From an uncultured candidate division Zixibacteria bacterium (GTDB lineage Bacteria; Zixibacteria; MSB-5A5; UBA10806), in assembly GCA_963801605.1 (NCBI GenBank), contig CAWDFP010000011.1:64001-128000 (forward strand): 64,000 nt of DNA. The letters are read 5' to 3'. Made by a program: the position numbers and the translations under genes. Positions within the stretch are counted from its first letter, which is position 1; every line of letters begins with the position of its first letter. Positions 21,140 through 34,169 of the stretch are shown one piece after another. The notes under the pieces were generated by a model. That model searched no databases, was not told the DNA's origin, and saw only the letters and a list, made by a program, of their open reading frames with translations.

Positions 21140-22237
21140 ATGAAAAATTCAGGATCACTGGCAGCAATCATCGCGGTGGTGATGCTTGGCATACTAATAG
21201 TCATGGTAGGCAGCATCAAAAGAAAACCCGTGATTGTCGAAACCGAGGCAACCGCCAACGAATTCGCGCTTCCCGAAACGGCCGCATTCAACGATCAATC
21301 GCCTAACGCCGGTTACAGGCCGGAGGTCACCACCATGCTGGTCGATGGTCAGAGGCTTGTTGTCGGTACTGATAACGGCCTATTTCTTCTGCCGCTTTCG
21401 CACCGTAAACAAATTCCGCCTCAACAGCTTGTCCCCGAAAAGCGCGAGCTTGGTACCTGCCTCAAGAATCTTAATACCATTCTGCCAATCGGCAATGATC
21501 GTTTCGCGGGCGGCGACGGATTTTTCAAGTTCGACAGCGACTACACGGCCAATCTGGCGGCCTATTATCCCGGAGAGACTGTCAATGTCGTCATGGAATA
21601 TGGCGATGGGCTTTTGGTTGGCACCGATAAGGGTCTCTGGTTTCATTGCACTGATCCCTTGGATGAAGCCGGCTGCGTGGATGCATTGGTCAAATCCGGA
21701 ATCATCGTAACCGCTCTGGCGGGCGATCGCAGCGGTTTGTGGGTCGGCACTTATGGCGATGGCCTGCTCTTTTTCGACGGCCGTACCTGGCAGGAACGTT
21801 ACCTCCGTCGCGATACCTTCGCCCTGTCGTTTGTCAATGCTCTCGAATATTCCTATCCCAACCTCTGGGTTGGCACTGACGCCGGAATCTTCCGATTCAA
21901 TGGCGGCAAGTGGTCGCAGATGTTTGTCAATGATTCATCCGAAGTTTATTCCGTCAACACTATCCTGTGCACCTCGGCGGCAACTTATATCGGCGCCGAA
22001 AGCGGTTTGCTGCGATATGCCAATGACTGTCTCGAGAAGGTTGATGATTTCGAGGGAATGGAAGTAGTCAAGCTTTGCGCCAATTCAAAAGATGTTTTTG
22101 TGGCCACCAGAACAGATGGAATCTATACCTATAACGGAAAGGAGGAGCTCGTTTCGCCGGAACAGCTGACTTTTCAGGCAATACCTGAGAATACAAACAA
22201 AGAGGTCTTAGCCGGGACCGAAGAGTTCTACAAGTAA
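21140..22237 (+). CDS. Membrane-anchored beta-propeller protein (two-component regulator propeller-like repeats)
   Basis: N-terminal TM segment; repeated LWVGT..GL blades; GGAGG RBS. Confidence 0.7.
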   Translation: MKNSGSLAAIIAVVMLGILIVMVGSIKRKPVIVETEATANEFALPETAAFNDQSPNAGYRPEVTTMLVDGQRLVVGTDNGLFLLPLSHRKQIPPQQLVPEKRELGTCLKNLNTILPIGNDRFAGGDGFFKFDSDYTANLAAYYPGETVNVVMEYGDGLLVGTDKGLWFHCTDPLDEAGCVDALVKSGIIVTALAGDRSGLWVGTYGDGLLFFDGRTWQERYLRRDTFALSFVNALEYSYPNLWVGTDAGIFRFNGGKWSQMFVNDSSEVYSVNTILCTSAATYIGAESGLLRYANDCLEKVDDFEGMEVVKLCANSKDVFVATRTDGIYTYNGKEELVSPEQLTFQAIPENTNKEVLAGTEEFYK

Positions 22238-22305
22238 GTTGTGGCGCGGCCTGTGAGCAAAACGACTCTCATTCCGCGTATCGAAAAATATAGTGGCCAC
22301 ATGCA

Positions 22306-22334
22306 AGCCGCCCCGGATGAAAGGGGCGGCTTTT
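22306..22334 (+). terminator. Intrinsic terminator
   Basis: AGCCGCCCC...GGGGCGGCT followed by TTT. Confidence 0.65.
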
Positions 22335-22433
22335 GATTTAATTGCTTGACTGTCCATGAATTTATGCGATATTTAAGTTACTGTTTTTTCCATTTAGTCC
22401 GGCGTGAGTGGCTCTTTTAACGAGGAGGCCTCT

Positions 22434-24577
22434 ATGAGGCGGATAAGGTTATCTGGTATAGCTGCAGTCGCCCTCACTCTTTCAATCAGCGCTGTTACCC
22501 GGGGAACAATTGACCACATAAGCTCGACCCTTGTTTCGGGGACTGTCGAAACAATCTCTTTCAACGGACATTTTATTTATGGCGCCGGCGGTAATTTCCT
22601 GAAGGTATTTGATATGACCAATCCCGATTCCCTGAATTTGGTTAGTTTTCAGAGGTTGGGGAATCCGCATATCTTTTTCCACAACGGTTATGCGTATGTT
22701 GCATTTGATTATGGTTATCCCGAATTATACAGCGTGAACGAAGATGGGAGCCTCACATTTAGCCAGAGCCTCGATTGGGATTGCCCACAGGATATTTTAT
22801 TCAGGGGCGATACTGCCTTTGTGGCATCCTGCTGGAGCGGCTTTTACATGTACGATATTTCCAGTCCGCTCAATCCGCTACCGATTGGGAATTATTATAC
22901 TTTTAATTCCGGTTTTTATGATATCGAAGTTATCGGGAATTATGCTCTCCTGACCAGGGGAGACAGCCTGGAAGTGTTCGATATATCTAATCCAGGAAAC
23001 ATCACTCAGGTTTCATCAGTTGCTGCCGGTGGCGTTATTCACCGGCTTGAAGTGGGAGGCAACAGAGCTTTTCTCTCATGGGACCATTGGTATCCCGATC
23101 AGCACCGGGAATATGGAATCGATATGGTTGACATTTCCGATCCAGCTCATCCAATTTCGAGGGGTACTCATTCCTCTGTGGTAATTTATGATTTTTGCGA
23201 AAACAATGGCTATATTTACGCCTGCGACCATGAAGGCATTAAAATTCTACAGCCCTCCAGTTATGAGCTTGTGCAAATCGGCATGTTTGGGGCTATCACT
23301 TATTATATTGCTGGAAACGGAGACCATATTTTTATCGGCAAATCATCACTGGGGGATCTAACTGTTTTGGACGCCACCGATCCGGATAGCCTGATAGCGG
23401 ATGATACTTATTCGGGGCAGGGCGCGGTGCGTGATGTCGCCATAAATGGAAATTACGCCTACGTTGCCAGCTACTCAACCGGCCTAAGCTACTTATTTGG
23501 AATGAATGTTGTAGATATCTCTAATCCGGCGTCGCCGAACGTTGTAGGGAATATTCCAATTCGGGCCAATCCCTTTCTAACCGTATCAGTTTCTTTTCCG
23601 TATGCTTACTATTGCTGGACCGGCGGTGGGGAAATAATAGATATAAGCGATCCAGCCGATCCCATTATAGTGGCAGATACCACTCTTCTCGCCGGTACCG
23701 AATGCGCAGTTATCGGGAATAACGATTACATCGCCTGCGGAAGCAGCTTTAAGATAGTCGATGTAAGCGATCACTCCAATCCTCGGTTAATAGGGGGATA
23801 TTCCAACCTGGGAGGCAGCAACCATATTTTCGTAGCGGGCCAATATGCCTATATTAATGGCGGGGTTAATCCCGAATCGGGTGTCAGGATATTTAATATC
23901 AACGATCCGGCAAATCCAACTTTGGTTGCAACAGTGGACACAACGGCCGGCGATATCTTTGTTAGTGGCGATTATTTATATTTTACCAGTTATAATCCCG
24001 CACTTTTTATTTTTAATATTTCCAATCCCGCCGATCCGCAACTGGTCAGCTCCTACAGTTCGGGCCGCGCGAATTTGGTCACGGTTGACGGAGACTACGC
24101 ATTCCTGGCGACGGGTTCTGGCATAGATGCGGTAAATATATCGGATCGTCAAAATCCCCGGAGCGCAGCAAATTATAATCTAACCGACATTCAGAATATT
24201 TCTGTGTCGGGTGATCTTATTTACGTGGCGGCGTTATACTCGCTCGAAATACTGCGTTTTAGCCCAACCGGCATAGAGGCAATCGGCAGAGTGCCACTGG
24301 AATATTCCCTTTCCCAGAATTATCCCAATCCCTTTAATACCAGCACGGAGATTGCGTTCGAGCTCGCCCTGCCTCGACATGTGAAATTGTCAATATTTGA
24401 CATCCTGGGCCGCAAGATCATTACCCTGGCTGATGAAAACCTGAGGGCAGGATGCCAGAGCAGGATATGGAACGGGACCGATCAGGCCGGTCGAGAGGTG
24501 TCGTCGGGTATATACTTCTACCGTCTTGAAACAGGCGAACAAGCCGCCATAAAAAAAAATTAATACTTCTAAAGTAG
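22434..24577 (+). CDS. LVIVD-repeat protein with C-terminal T9SS-type/FlgD-like sorting domain
   Basis: Repeats 'GNYAYVA....l.ivDISNP..P'; tail SLSQNYPNPFN...SSGIYFYRL; removing one A from the run at 24551-24559 gives the usual KKLILLK* ending at 24577. Confidence 0.85.
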
Positions 24578-24732
24578 AATCTATCTGGCTGCGGGTGTTG
24601 CCTGATTCGTTTGACAACATAATACTGTAATTCAGCCTTAACACCTCGGGTAATGCCTGGATTATTCATGAGTAACCTGGAATTAACCCGATTGATGAAT
24701 TACTGTGATGATTTATTTTGAAAGAGGTTGGC

Positions 24733-26829
24733 ATGAAACGTTTTCTATTTTTTCTGACAGCCATATTAATTTTAGCAGGCAATACGCTCGCCCAGAATGT
24801 TGATTATGTCGAATCAACATTATGGACTGGAGCGGTAGATGCCAAAATAGTTGGCAATTATGCCTTTTGTGCCCTGGAAAATGGCATGGTGATACTGAAC
24901 GTGAGCGATCCCAATACACCAAGCTTCGTAAGCAGCTATTATCTTTCAGGGGGAGCTTACGAGATAGATGTGGCGGGCAATTACGCATATATCGCCGACG
25001 GTTCTATAGGGCTTCAAATAATAAATATCTCCGATCCTCAAAATCCGTTTTTTGCCGGGGGTATCGGCTTTACGGGCTATGTTCAGTGCGTAGATGTGTC
25101 GGGCAATTATGCCTATATTGCCAATACTTATTACCTTCGGATTATAGATATTTCCAATCCGGCGCAACCGTTGCCTTTGGGGATTTATAATCTACCTCAA
25201 TGGGCGGAGGAAGTAATCGTGTCGGGGAATTACGCCTATATGCCATGTTATTCCTCCGGACTCTTAATTGCAGATATTAGCAATCCTGCCAACCCGACTG
25301 CGGCTGGAGAATTTGTCACGGTAGGAAATGCCTTAGCGGTTGATGTATCGGGTTCATACGCTTATCTGGCATGCAGCGATTTTGGAATTATTATTCTGGA
25401 TATCAGCGATCCAGCCAATCCTGAGTATATTGGCAACTATAGCACTCCCGACAGGGCAGACGATATAGCAGTGGCCGGCAATTATGCTTATGTCGCTAAT
25501 GTTTCTTCCCTGCAAATTATCGATGTCACTGATCCAGCATCGCCGGTGTTTGCCAGCAGCGTTGGATCGCAAGGCTATACTTTGGGAATATCAATTGCGG
25601 GTAATTATGCTTATGAGGTCGATAACTGGCTGGGGATTCATATCGTAGATATTACCAATCCAAATGATCCCTTGATGGCGGGAAGCTATTATACGAATGA
25701 TTGGCCGGTTGATATTTCCGTTTCTGGCGAGTATGCTTTTTTGGCAGATTACACATCAGGACTTCAAGTGATAAATATAGCGAATCCCTCCGACCCGATA
25801 CTGGTGACAGGCTATGATACACCCGGGATGGCCACCGGGATTTACATTTCCGGCAATTACGCTTATGTTGCCGATTATAATGACGGAATCCAGATAATTG
25901 ATATCACAATTCCGTCCGAACCAAATCTGGTAGCATCATGTTATACCCCTGGAAACGCCAATAAAGTCTACGTGAGCGGTGATTATGCTTATGTTGCGGA
26001 TATCTATAGTATTCGAATCATCGATGTAAGCGATCCGGCTAATCCGATCACTGTCGGGAGTTATTCCACACCTCATTGGGCTTACAGTGTCGCTGTTTTG
26101 GGAGATTATGCCTATGTGGCGGATGCTGATTCCGGTTTGCAAATCATCAATATCAGCGATCCGTCCAACCCGGTATTTGCCGGAGCCTATAACGACGCGG
26201 GCACAGCTTACGACGTTGCCGTTTCCGGAAATTATGTATATTTGGGGAATACCCAGGAGATCATGCTGATATTTAATGTCTCAAATCCGAGCGCTCCTGA
26301 ACTTGTAAGTTATTTTAGAGGGGCCGGAGCGGTGGTTGGTATCTCCATTTTCGGGAATTATGCCTATCTATCGGAATTCAATGCTGGCCTTCAAATAGTG
26401 AATATTTCAAATCCGATGAATCCATCGCTGGTTGGAGGTTATGATACGCCGGGCCGCGCCATGGAAACTTACGCCGTGGGGAATTATGCATACGTAGCAG
26501 ATGAATATTCACTAATGATTTTGCACCTAAATAGCGATGCGGTTGGAGAAGAATCAAAAATTCCGAAAGCCTTTTCTCTTTCACAAAATTACCCCAATCC
26601 GTTTAATGCGAGGACCATAATCAAATATTCTCTACAAACGGCGTCCGATGTCATTATCGATATTTTTGATATTGAAGGCAGAAAGTTAGAGACAATTCAG
26701 GTGGGATACCAGGAGGCCGGAGAACATCAGCTGGCTTGGAATGCGGGCGATAAGCCATCAGGAGTATATTTCTATCGCCTCAAAACGGGTAAGACCTCCC
26801 GAACTGAAAAGTGTATTTTGATAAAATAA
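24733..26829 (+). CDS. LVIVD-repeat protein with C-terminal T9SS-type sorting domain
   Basis: Signal peptide ..TLA|QN; regular ~42-aa LVIVD repeats; SLSQNYPNPFN...SGVYFYRL...KCILIK. Confidence 0.9.
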   Translation: MKRFLFFLTAILILAGNTLAQNVDYVESTLWTGAVDAKIVGNYAFCALENGMVILNVSDPNTPSFVSSYYLSGGAYEIDVAGNYAYIADGSIGLQIINISDPQNPFFAGGIGFTGYVQCVDVSGNYAYIANTYYLRIIDISNPAQPLPLGIYNLPQWAEEVIVSGNYAYMPCYSSGLLIADISNPANPTAAGEFVTVGNALAVDVSGSYAYLACSDFGIIILDISDPANPEYIGNYSTPDRADDIAVAGNYAYVANVSSLQIIDVTDPASPVFASSVGSQGYTLGISIAGNYAYEVDNWLGIHIVDITNPNDPLMAGSYYTNDWPVDISVSGEYAFLADYTSGLQVINIANPSDPILVTGYDTPGMATGIYISGNYAYVADYNDGIQIIDITIPSEPNLVASCYTPGNANKVYVSGDYAYVADIYSIRIIDVSDPANPITVGSYSTPHWAYSVAVLGDYAYVADADSGLQIINISDPSNPVFAGAYNDAGTAYDVAVSGNYVYLGNTQEIMLIFNVSNPSAPELVSYFRGAGAVVGISIFGNYAYLSEFNAGLQIVNISNPMNPSLVGGYDTPGRAMETYAVGNYAYVADEYSLMILHLNSDAVGEESKIPKAFSLSQNYPNPFNARTIIKYSLQTASDVIIDIFDIEGRKLETIQVGYQEAGEHQLAWNAGDKPSGVYFYRLKTGKTSRTEKCILIK

Positions 26830-26909
26830 TGTCACTTAATTTTAAAAGAATATGCCGGCTCGGAGATGCAACATTACTTAAAAATAATGCTCAATCATCA
26901 GAGGCTGAC

Positions 26910-29038
26910 GTGAAACGCTCCATTATTAGCATAATAATAGTCCTATCCTTGAGTGCCACCGGGCTGGCTCAGAATATTGATTATGTCGAATCAACCCTGT
27001 GGACTGGAATTGCGGATGTGGAAGTTGAAGGTAATTATGCCTACTGCGCTATCGGCAATGGGCTTTTGGTTCTTAATGTTAGCAATCCGTCCTCTCCCAG
27101 TTTTGAAAGCCGATTTTATCTTTCCGGCGGGTGCGTTTATCCTGAAGGGGCGTGCGGGATAGACGTTGTCGGCAAATACGCCTATATCGCCAACGGCGAT
27201 TCTGGCCTTCAGATAATAAACATTCAAGATCCAGCTAACCCGACGCTGGTTGGCGGTTACTGTACCTGGGGTATTGCCTACGATGTTTTCGTTTCCGGCG
27301 ATTATGCCTATGTGGCTGATGGAATAACCGGTCTGGTAATACTAAATATTTCCAATCCCGCATTTCCGTCATGGGTTGGAACATATGTAACGTCAGGCTC
27401 GGCCAACGGCGTGTATGTTTCGGGCAATTATGCTTATATTGCCGACGGCATGTCGGGACTCCAAATTGTGGAAATCAGCGATCCGGCCAATCCAGTCGAA
27501 AAAGGTCATTACGGAACACGGGATTATGCTTACGGAATAGCAATTTCAGGCGAATATGCTTATCTGGCTGATGCCAGTTACGGTCTTCAAGTGATAAATA
27601 TTTCCGATCCGGCCAGCCCTCGATTATCGGGATCTTTTTATATGGCGCGGGATTACGCCCTTGATGTCCAGATTTCAGGCACCTTCGCTTATATTGGCGA
27701 TGCTATGGCCGGACTCAGAATTATCGATATATCTAATCCTTCGAATCCTACTTTAGTCAGCGATAGTCCCACGGATGGATCAGCCACAGGCATTAGTGTT
27801 TTGGGAAGTTACGTATACGAGGCCGATAATTGGACGGGGCTTCGTATTTTAAATATCTCGTCGCCGGGGGTTCCGATACTTACCGGAAGTTACCAAACGC
27901 TCGATCCTCCTCAGGCGGTATTCGTATCGGCTAACTATGCCTATGTGGCCGCCTGGAATTCAGGACTTGAGATTGTTGACATATCGATTCCGAGTAACCC
28001 GGCAGTAGTGGGAGGCTCTAATACGCCGGGCTATGCCCAGGGCGTTTATGTTTCGGGCAATTATGCCTATGTGGCCGATGGTTACCAGGGGCTCAAAATA
28101 ATTAATATCTCAGATCCGACAAATCCGGTTCTGATTGGAACGGGTGGCGCGCCAGGCTCCACATATGATGTCGTTGTTTCGGACAATTATGCTTATTTAG
28201 CAAATTATGACGGCGGTCTGCAAATCCTCAATATTTCAAATCCAGCCTGGCCAGGATTAATCGGGGGATATGATACCTCAGGTTCTGCGTTCAGCGTTTT
28301 CGTTTCGGGAATTTACGCTTATGTGGTCAATCAATTTCCCGGCTTTGAAATTATTAATATTTCTGATCCTGCTCAATTCCCGCCTTAGTTGGCACTTATA
28401 CGGTATATTCAACCGTTTGGAGTGTATTTGTTGCGGGCAACTATGCGTATCTGGCTTGCGGATATTGGGGGCTATTAATATTTGATGTCTCCAACCCCGT
28501 TAATCCGCAGTTAGTAGTTAGATATGATACGCCGGGAGAAGCCTATGACGTAGCCGTTTCAGGTAATTATGCTTATGTGGCCGACGGGCTTTTCGGACTT
28601 CATATTATAGATATCAGCGATCCGGCCAATCCGTTTTGGATTGATGGCTACGATACGCCGGGGTTCGCCAAAAATGTTTTTCTCTCAGGGCAATATGCTT
28701 ATATCGCTGATGAGTACTCCCTGATGATTCTGCATTTAAGAACAATTGGGGTTGAGGAGGGAAATAATATTCCTCAAAGGTTTGCCCTTCTCCAAAACTA
28801 CCCCAATCCGTTTAATGCTCAAACAACAATTAAATATGGTATTCCAACATCTTCGGATGTGCTGTTGGAGATATATGATATCACAGGCCGAAAGCTCGAA
28901 ACACTCTTATCGGAGTATCAGGAAGCCGGGGAGCATCAGATTATTTGGAATGCAGGGGATAGGCCGTCGGGAATATATTTCTATAAGTTAAAAGCGGGGG
29001 AGATATCTAAAACTGATAGATGCATTTTGATAAAATAG
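26910..29038 (+). CDS. LVIVD-repeat protein with T9SS-type sorting domain, frameshifted near 28375
   Basis: GTG start; GLA|QNIDYVESTLWTG nearly identical to the upstream paralog; repeats continue in a shifted frame to LLQNYPNPFN...RCILIK. Confidence 0.85.
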
Positions 29039-29054
29039 ATTTCAATAAATGAAG

Positions 29055-29126
29055 AAGTGGTGTCAGGTTCGGGGACCTGACACCACTTGAATAGTGGTTC
29101 CGGGGACCACAGGGGTCCCCGGCTAC
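29055..29126. repeat. Two REP-like palindromes between convergent genes
   Basis: AAGTGGTGTCAGGT-N6-ACCTGACACCACTT and CCGGGGACC-N5-GGTCCCCGGCTAC; both recur elsewhere in the window. Confidence 0.75.
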
Positions 29127-29141
29127 AACTCACAACTTGCC

Positions 29142-31348
29142 TTATCTCCCCAAGATTTCCAAACTCGCATATTTGGCCATGATCTTTTTAACTCCGGCGC
29201 GCTCAAAACGGATTGTTACCATCAGGTTTTCGCCCGATCCTTCTCGTCCGACAATTACGCCGTGTCCGAACTTATCATGTAGTACGGATGTGCCCAGCGG
29301 GAGTAGATCATCATAATCATACTCGGGTTCCGGGAAATGTTCTGTAGGCGTTTCTTTATGCACGTGCCGGGCCTGAGCGCCGTTTTTCGCTCCCCTGGAG
29401 TAGATATCGTTCCAGTAATTGAATCGCTCTAATTCTATTAACTCCTCCGGGAGATCCTTGAGAAACATCGACGGCCCGCCGGTAAAATCACCCCAACGTC
29501 TGCGAAATCCCGCCATCGAAAGATAAAGTTTGTTCTTGGCGCGGGTCATTCCCACGTAGCAGAGACGGCGCTCCTCCTCTAAATCCGCAGGCTGATCGAA
29601 TGATCGCTCCAGCGGAAAAAGACCATCTTCCATACCGGCCAGAAAAACCGTATCAAATTCCAACCCTTTGGCGGCGTGCAATGTCATAAGCGTTACCGCT
29701 GACGAGGCATTATTCCAGGTATCGATTTCAGCCAACAGCGCTACTTCCTCTAAAAAGCCTGCCAGGGACGGCGACTCGTTACGTTCGGCATATTCACGGA
29801 TACCGGCCACCACTTCGCCAACGTTTTCAGCGCGCACGTCGGATTCGGGAGTTTTCTCGTCCTCGAGCGCCCGCAGATAACCGGTTTCGGTGATAACTTT
29901 GCCGGCGATATCCTGCGGCTCAAGTTTGCCGACATCATCGGAAAGAGCCTTAAGTATTTTGACTAACTTATCAAGCTCGGCTTTGGCTTTCCCTTTGATT
30001 CCCAGTGATTCCAGCGGCAGGGAAAGAGCTTCGAGCATCGGTATTCCCTGAGACAACGCGAAAGCCTCCAGCTTAGCCACGCTGGTTTTGCCGATTCCGC
30101 GCCTGGGGCTGTTGATGATTCGCAGCAGCGCCAGATTATCCGCCGGATTTAACCAGTAACCGCAGGTACGCTATGATGTCTTTAACTTCAGCTCGCTCGT
30201 AAAACCGCACACCGCCCACGATGGTATATGGAAGCCCCTTGTAGCGCAGAATATCCTCGATTACACGCGATTGGGCATTAGTGCGGTACAGCACCGCGAA
30301 ATCGGATGGCGCTTTATCGTAAACCAATCCCAGGCGAATCTTTTCCACGACCGCCTCGGCCTCGTCGTGTTCATCACCGCAAAGAAGCAGCGTGATTTTG
30401 TCACCGCCGTCCTTTTCGGTGAATAAGCGCTTTTTCATGCGGCCCAGATTTTTCGAAACCACCTGGAAGGCGGCATCGAGGATAACCTGGGTGGAACGAT
30501 AATTTTGTTCGAGCTTGATGAGACTTTGGCCTCGGGGTAATCATCCTCGAAATCGAGAATGTTCGATATATCGGCGCCCCGCCAGGCATAGATCGATTGA
30601 TCATCGTCACCCACCACACACAGGTTATGATTCTTACCTGCTAAAAGATTTACCAGACGGTATTGGGCGTGATTGGTATCCTGGTCTCGTCAACGAGAAT
30701 ATATTTAAGCCGATCCTGATAATATTCCAGAATATCGGGATGCTGTACAAATAGCTCGACAACCTTCATCAGTAGATCGTCAAAATCAAAGGCATGACTT
30801 TGCGCCAAGCGCTTCTGGTATTCGGAATACACCTTAGCCACGTTTTGATCGAGGAAATCGGCGGCTTCATCCAGGAAATCGTCGGAGGTGATAAGCTGTT
30901 CTTTGGCGCGAGAAATCCGCACCTGTGCGGTTCCAAATGATGGCTGGCTATCGGGGATTCCCTTATCTTTATAAATTCTCTTTATCAACGCCAGCGATTC
31001 GGAATCATCATAGATTGAAAATGAACGTTTGTAGCCAAGCGCCTCGGAGTTATCGCGAAGCAATCGAGCGCAAAAAAGAGTGAAAGGTTGAAATCCAGAC
31101 GCGGCGACCTCGAAACCAAGCAGTTCGACTACTCGTTCCTTCATTTCCCCGGCGGCTTTGTTGGTGAATGTCACTGCCAGGATTTGATCGGGGCTGGCCG
31201 TATCGGTGGCGATCAGATGGGCGATTCGATGAGTGATAACCCTGGTCTTGCCCGACCCGGCTCCGGCTACCACCAGGAGGGGACCGTCGAGCTGTTCCAC
31301 TGCCTGACGTTGCGGTTCGTTTAGTCCTTCAAGATGCTTATATTTCAT
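29142..31348 (-). CDS. pcrA: UvrD/PcrA superfamily-1 DNA helicase, several frameshifts
   Basis: [63 protein letters not shown] and a C-terminal H.KFG.G Tudor-like domain, spread over four ORF pieces. Confidence 0.92.
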
Positions 31349-31498
31349 AGCGCGATAATATACGATATTATGACGATTTAACAAGTGGCCGGAGAAACTA
31401 TCATTGAATCAAACACCGAGACAGAATTATAAATTTCACTCAATAAAAAAAGACAGGGCGGGGCGCTGTTCTTTTTTAAGTATGGATAAATTGCCCAA

Positions 31499-33683
31499 CT
31501 ACTTCAAGAGCATAATCGGAATATTCTGTACTGCCTCGCCAAATGCGGCGCGGACGAAATACCTACCCGACGTAACTACATCGCCATTATCGGTGGTGCC
31601 ATTCCAGCTAATGGCGTGTTGTCCAGCCGTAAATTCGCGGTTGGCTAAGAGGGAGATTTTCCGGCCAAGAATATCATAAACCGCCAGCGATACCTTCCCG
31701 GCCTTTGGAAGTTCAAATCGAATCGTAGTCGATGAATTAAACGGATTGGGATAATTTTGAAGCAGTGCAAACGACTGGGGGAGTGTCGGAGCCGAGGGAT
31801 GGTCGATTCCCACAGCCTGGGTGCAATCGTAAAATCCGAGATTGGTGTAATCTCCGACGATTGCCAGATTACCCCTTACCACCATTCCGCCGGGGCTACC
31901 GGGAGTGTCATAAAGCCCAACCAATTCCGGCCGGCTGCCGTCGGTTACATCATAAATACAAAGTCCTATATTGCTGACAGTTAAAAAGGCGAGGTTATTG
32001 ACAATTTCTACGCCCTGAAGGTAATTGGTTGTCCCGTCAAAAATAGTAGTCGACGAAAGCGGCACCCAATTCGAGACGTTGGTTATATCAAAAATCCAGA
32101 GCTTATGGCTTCCTGTTATGTAGAGTCGGCCATCAGCGGCTCTGGCAGTGCGACAATATTGCATCCTGCCGATGTCATATTCCTCAATAATCGTTGGCGC
32201 CAGAGGATCAGTTAAATCGGCAACCTCGATAACCTGGGCGGAATTCTGGAAAATTGCATAGTGATCGAATGTTTCTAGAAAACCGGGTGTGGTGCTGTTA
32301 TTAAAAAATCCAACTTGCGCCATATTAGCAGGATCGGAAATGTCGATTATTCGCAAGCCGCCGTTTTCAAGCAAATAGATGTAATGATCGTATTTGGCCG
32401 CCTCGTAATGCACGTCATGTTCAGCCGTATAGCTGCCCAGTAACGCGGGCGATGCAGGATTGGAAAAATCAACTGCATACAGGCAGGTATTAGATTGTTG
32501 ACATGAATAGACGATATTTCCGACGTATATCAAATTCTTGATTATCTGAGCGAATTCAAAATTGCCGACTTCATGTGGATCGTTTATGTCATTAATATCG
32601 ATAGCTGTAATTTTGTATTCACCCTGAACAAATGCGATGTCGCTTTGAACCGTAACAGCTAAATCGTGCCCGTAACGATTATGAACTGCCTCCTCGTGAG
32701 GATTAGTTGGTTCATAAATATCAATCAGTCGAAGTCCGTGATAATAATCGGCGACATAAATCAAATCGTCTTTGATGGCGAAGTTGACTATGTCCTGGCG
32801 GAGGATAGTAGATGCCCATTGTTTGAGGATTGTAAGGCTCGGAAATATTAACTACCGCCAGGGGGCATTCAGGATCGCCATATGTCATGTAAGCGTAGTC
32901 GTTCCTGACTTTTATTTTAAAAGCATAGGAAAGCGAATCTATTCCGGCGATAATTTGCATCGTTTTCATATTAAGCACCTGTAATCCTCTACTGCCGCAG
33001 GCCAGGTAGGCATAATCGCCGGAAACCGAAACTCCGGACACCCAGGTACCATCCTCAAAGTAGAATCGATCAACGATCAGCGGGGAAGTTATCTGAGTGA
33101 TATCCATAACTTTCAATCCGTGTTCGCCCCAGGCGGCATAAGCCGTATCTCCTTTGATTTCGATATCACCCATTTCGAACTGATCCTCCGATTCCCAGAT
33201 AACCTGGGAGTTGATCGGATCGCTGATATCGATGATTCTCAAACCATAACTGCAAACAAACGCGTAGTTCCCCGAGATTCGAATCGATTGAATTGTGCTG
33301 GTCGCTAAAGGTATTCTATGAATAATAGCGGGTTCGGCCCGATTGGAGATATCAATCACTAAAACACCGCTTTGAAAGGTGCCCAGATAAGCATAATTTC
33401 CGCTTACGGCCACCGCGTTGGCGCAATCAAAGGTAGTGTCGCCGATATAACACTGCCCAATATCCATGATGGCGTTGGGCTCAGAGATATTTACAATGCG
33501 CAACCCATCGGAATTGCAGGCGAGATAAGCATAATCGCCGTCGATACAAACATCTGTTACGCCATCACCCCAATTATGATAATATTGATTGACACTGGTA
33601 ATGTTGAAATTGTCTTGAGCGTGAACCAGGCCAAACGATAAGGCGATGATCGCGAGAACAAATAAGCAGCACTTCCCATTCAT
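31499..33683 (-). CDS. LVIVD-repeat protein with T9SS-type/FlgD-like tail, frameshifted near 32800
   Basis: Signal VHA|QDN; LVIVD repeats in both ORF halves; LLQNYPNPFN...TSGRYFVR...IMLLK. Confidence 0.85.
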
Positions 33684-34169
33684 ACCATCCTCCGATCCCT
33701 TCCGAGAAACTGGAATTTTTTCAAAAGAACATAACTTACGAATTACGGCCGGTTTGTTTCTCTCCGCTCAAAGGCGTTATTCGATTTATTACAAAAAAAG
33801 ATAATTACGGAAATTAATTTAATGGATAATTTTCACATCTTCAAGAATAATCTTTTGTTTTTTTACCTCCTTAATTAGTAATTCGTAGCATGACGCCGAT
33901 TGTTTCGATTTTAAAGCTTTTTTTAGAATTTCAATAAACCGGATTCGCCTTTCAATCCGAGTTTCTTATCAAATACTAATCACGGAATTACTACTAAAGT
34001 AATAACAATGAAACCGTTTTAATTCTCCGGTTATTCTCGTAAACGTCTATAATTCAATAAGATAAAAGCCTAAAAAATGGAACTTGAGTTATGAAATTAA
34101 AACTTTTTAACTTTCGAACCTGAGAAGAACTGTTTCGGGGATTTTAGGCGATTATTATCGTTAGGGCAT

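Noticed and set aside
28386..28388. TAG read-through (pyrrolysine) in the third LVIVD gene
   Set aside because: The continuation is in a different frame, so an indel explains it
22434..29038. ~126-bp periodic nucleotide repeats as a CRISPR array or DGR
   Set aside because: They are degenerate in-frame LVIVD protein repeats; no identical repeat-spacer pattern, cas genes or reverse transcriptase seen
29142..31348. uvrD/pcrA as a true pseudogene or programmed frameshift
   Set aside because: All helicase motifs are intact and the indel pattern matches the window-wide error signature
33684..34169. Small gene or RNA in the AT-rich gap (AAGGAGGT on the minus strand near 33865)
   Set aside because: No start codon at a usable distance from the RBS-like motif and no convincing structure
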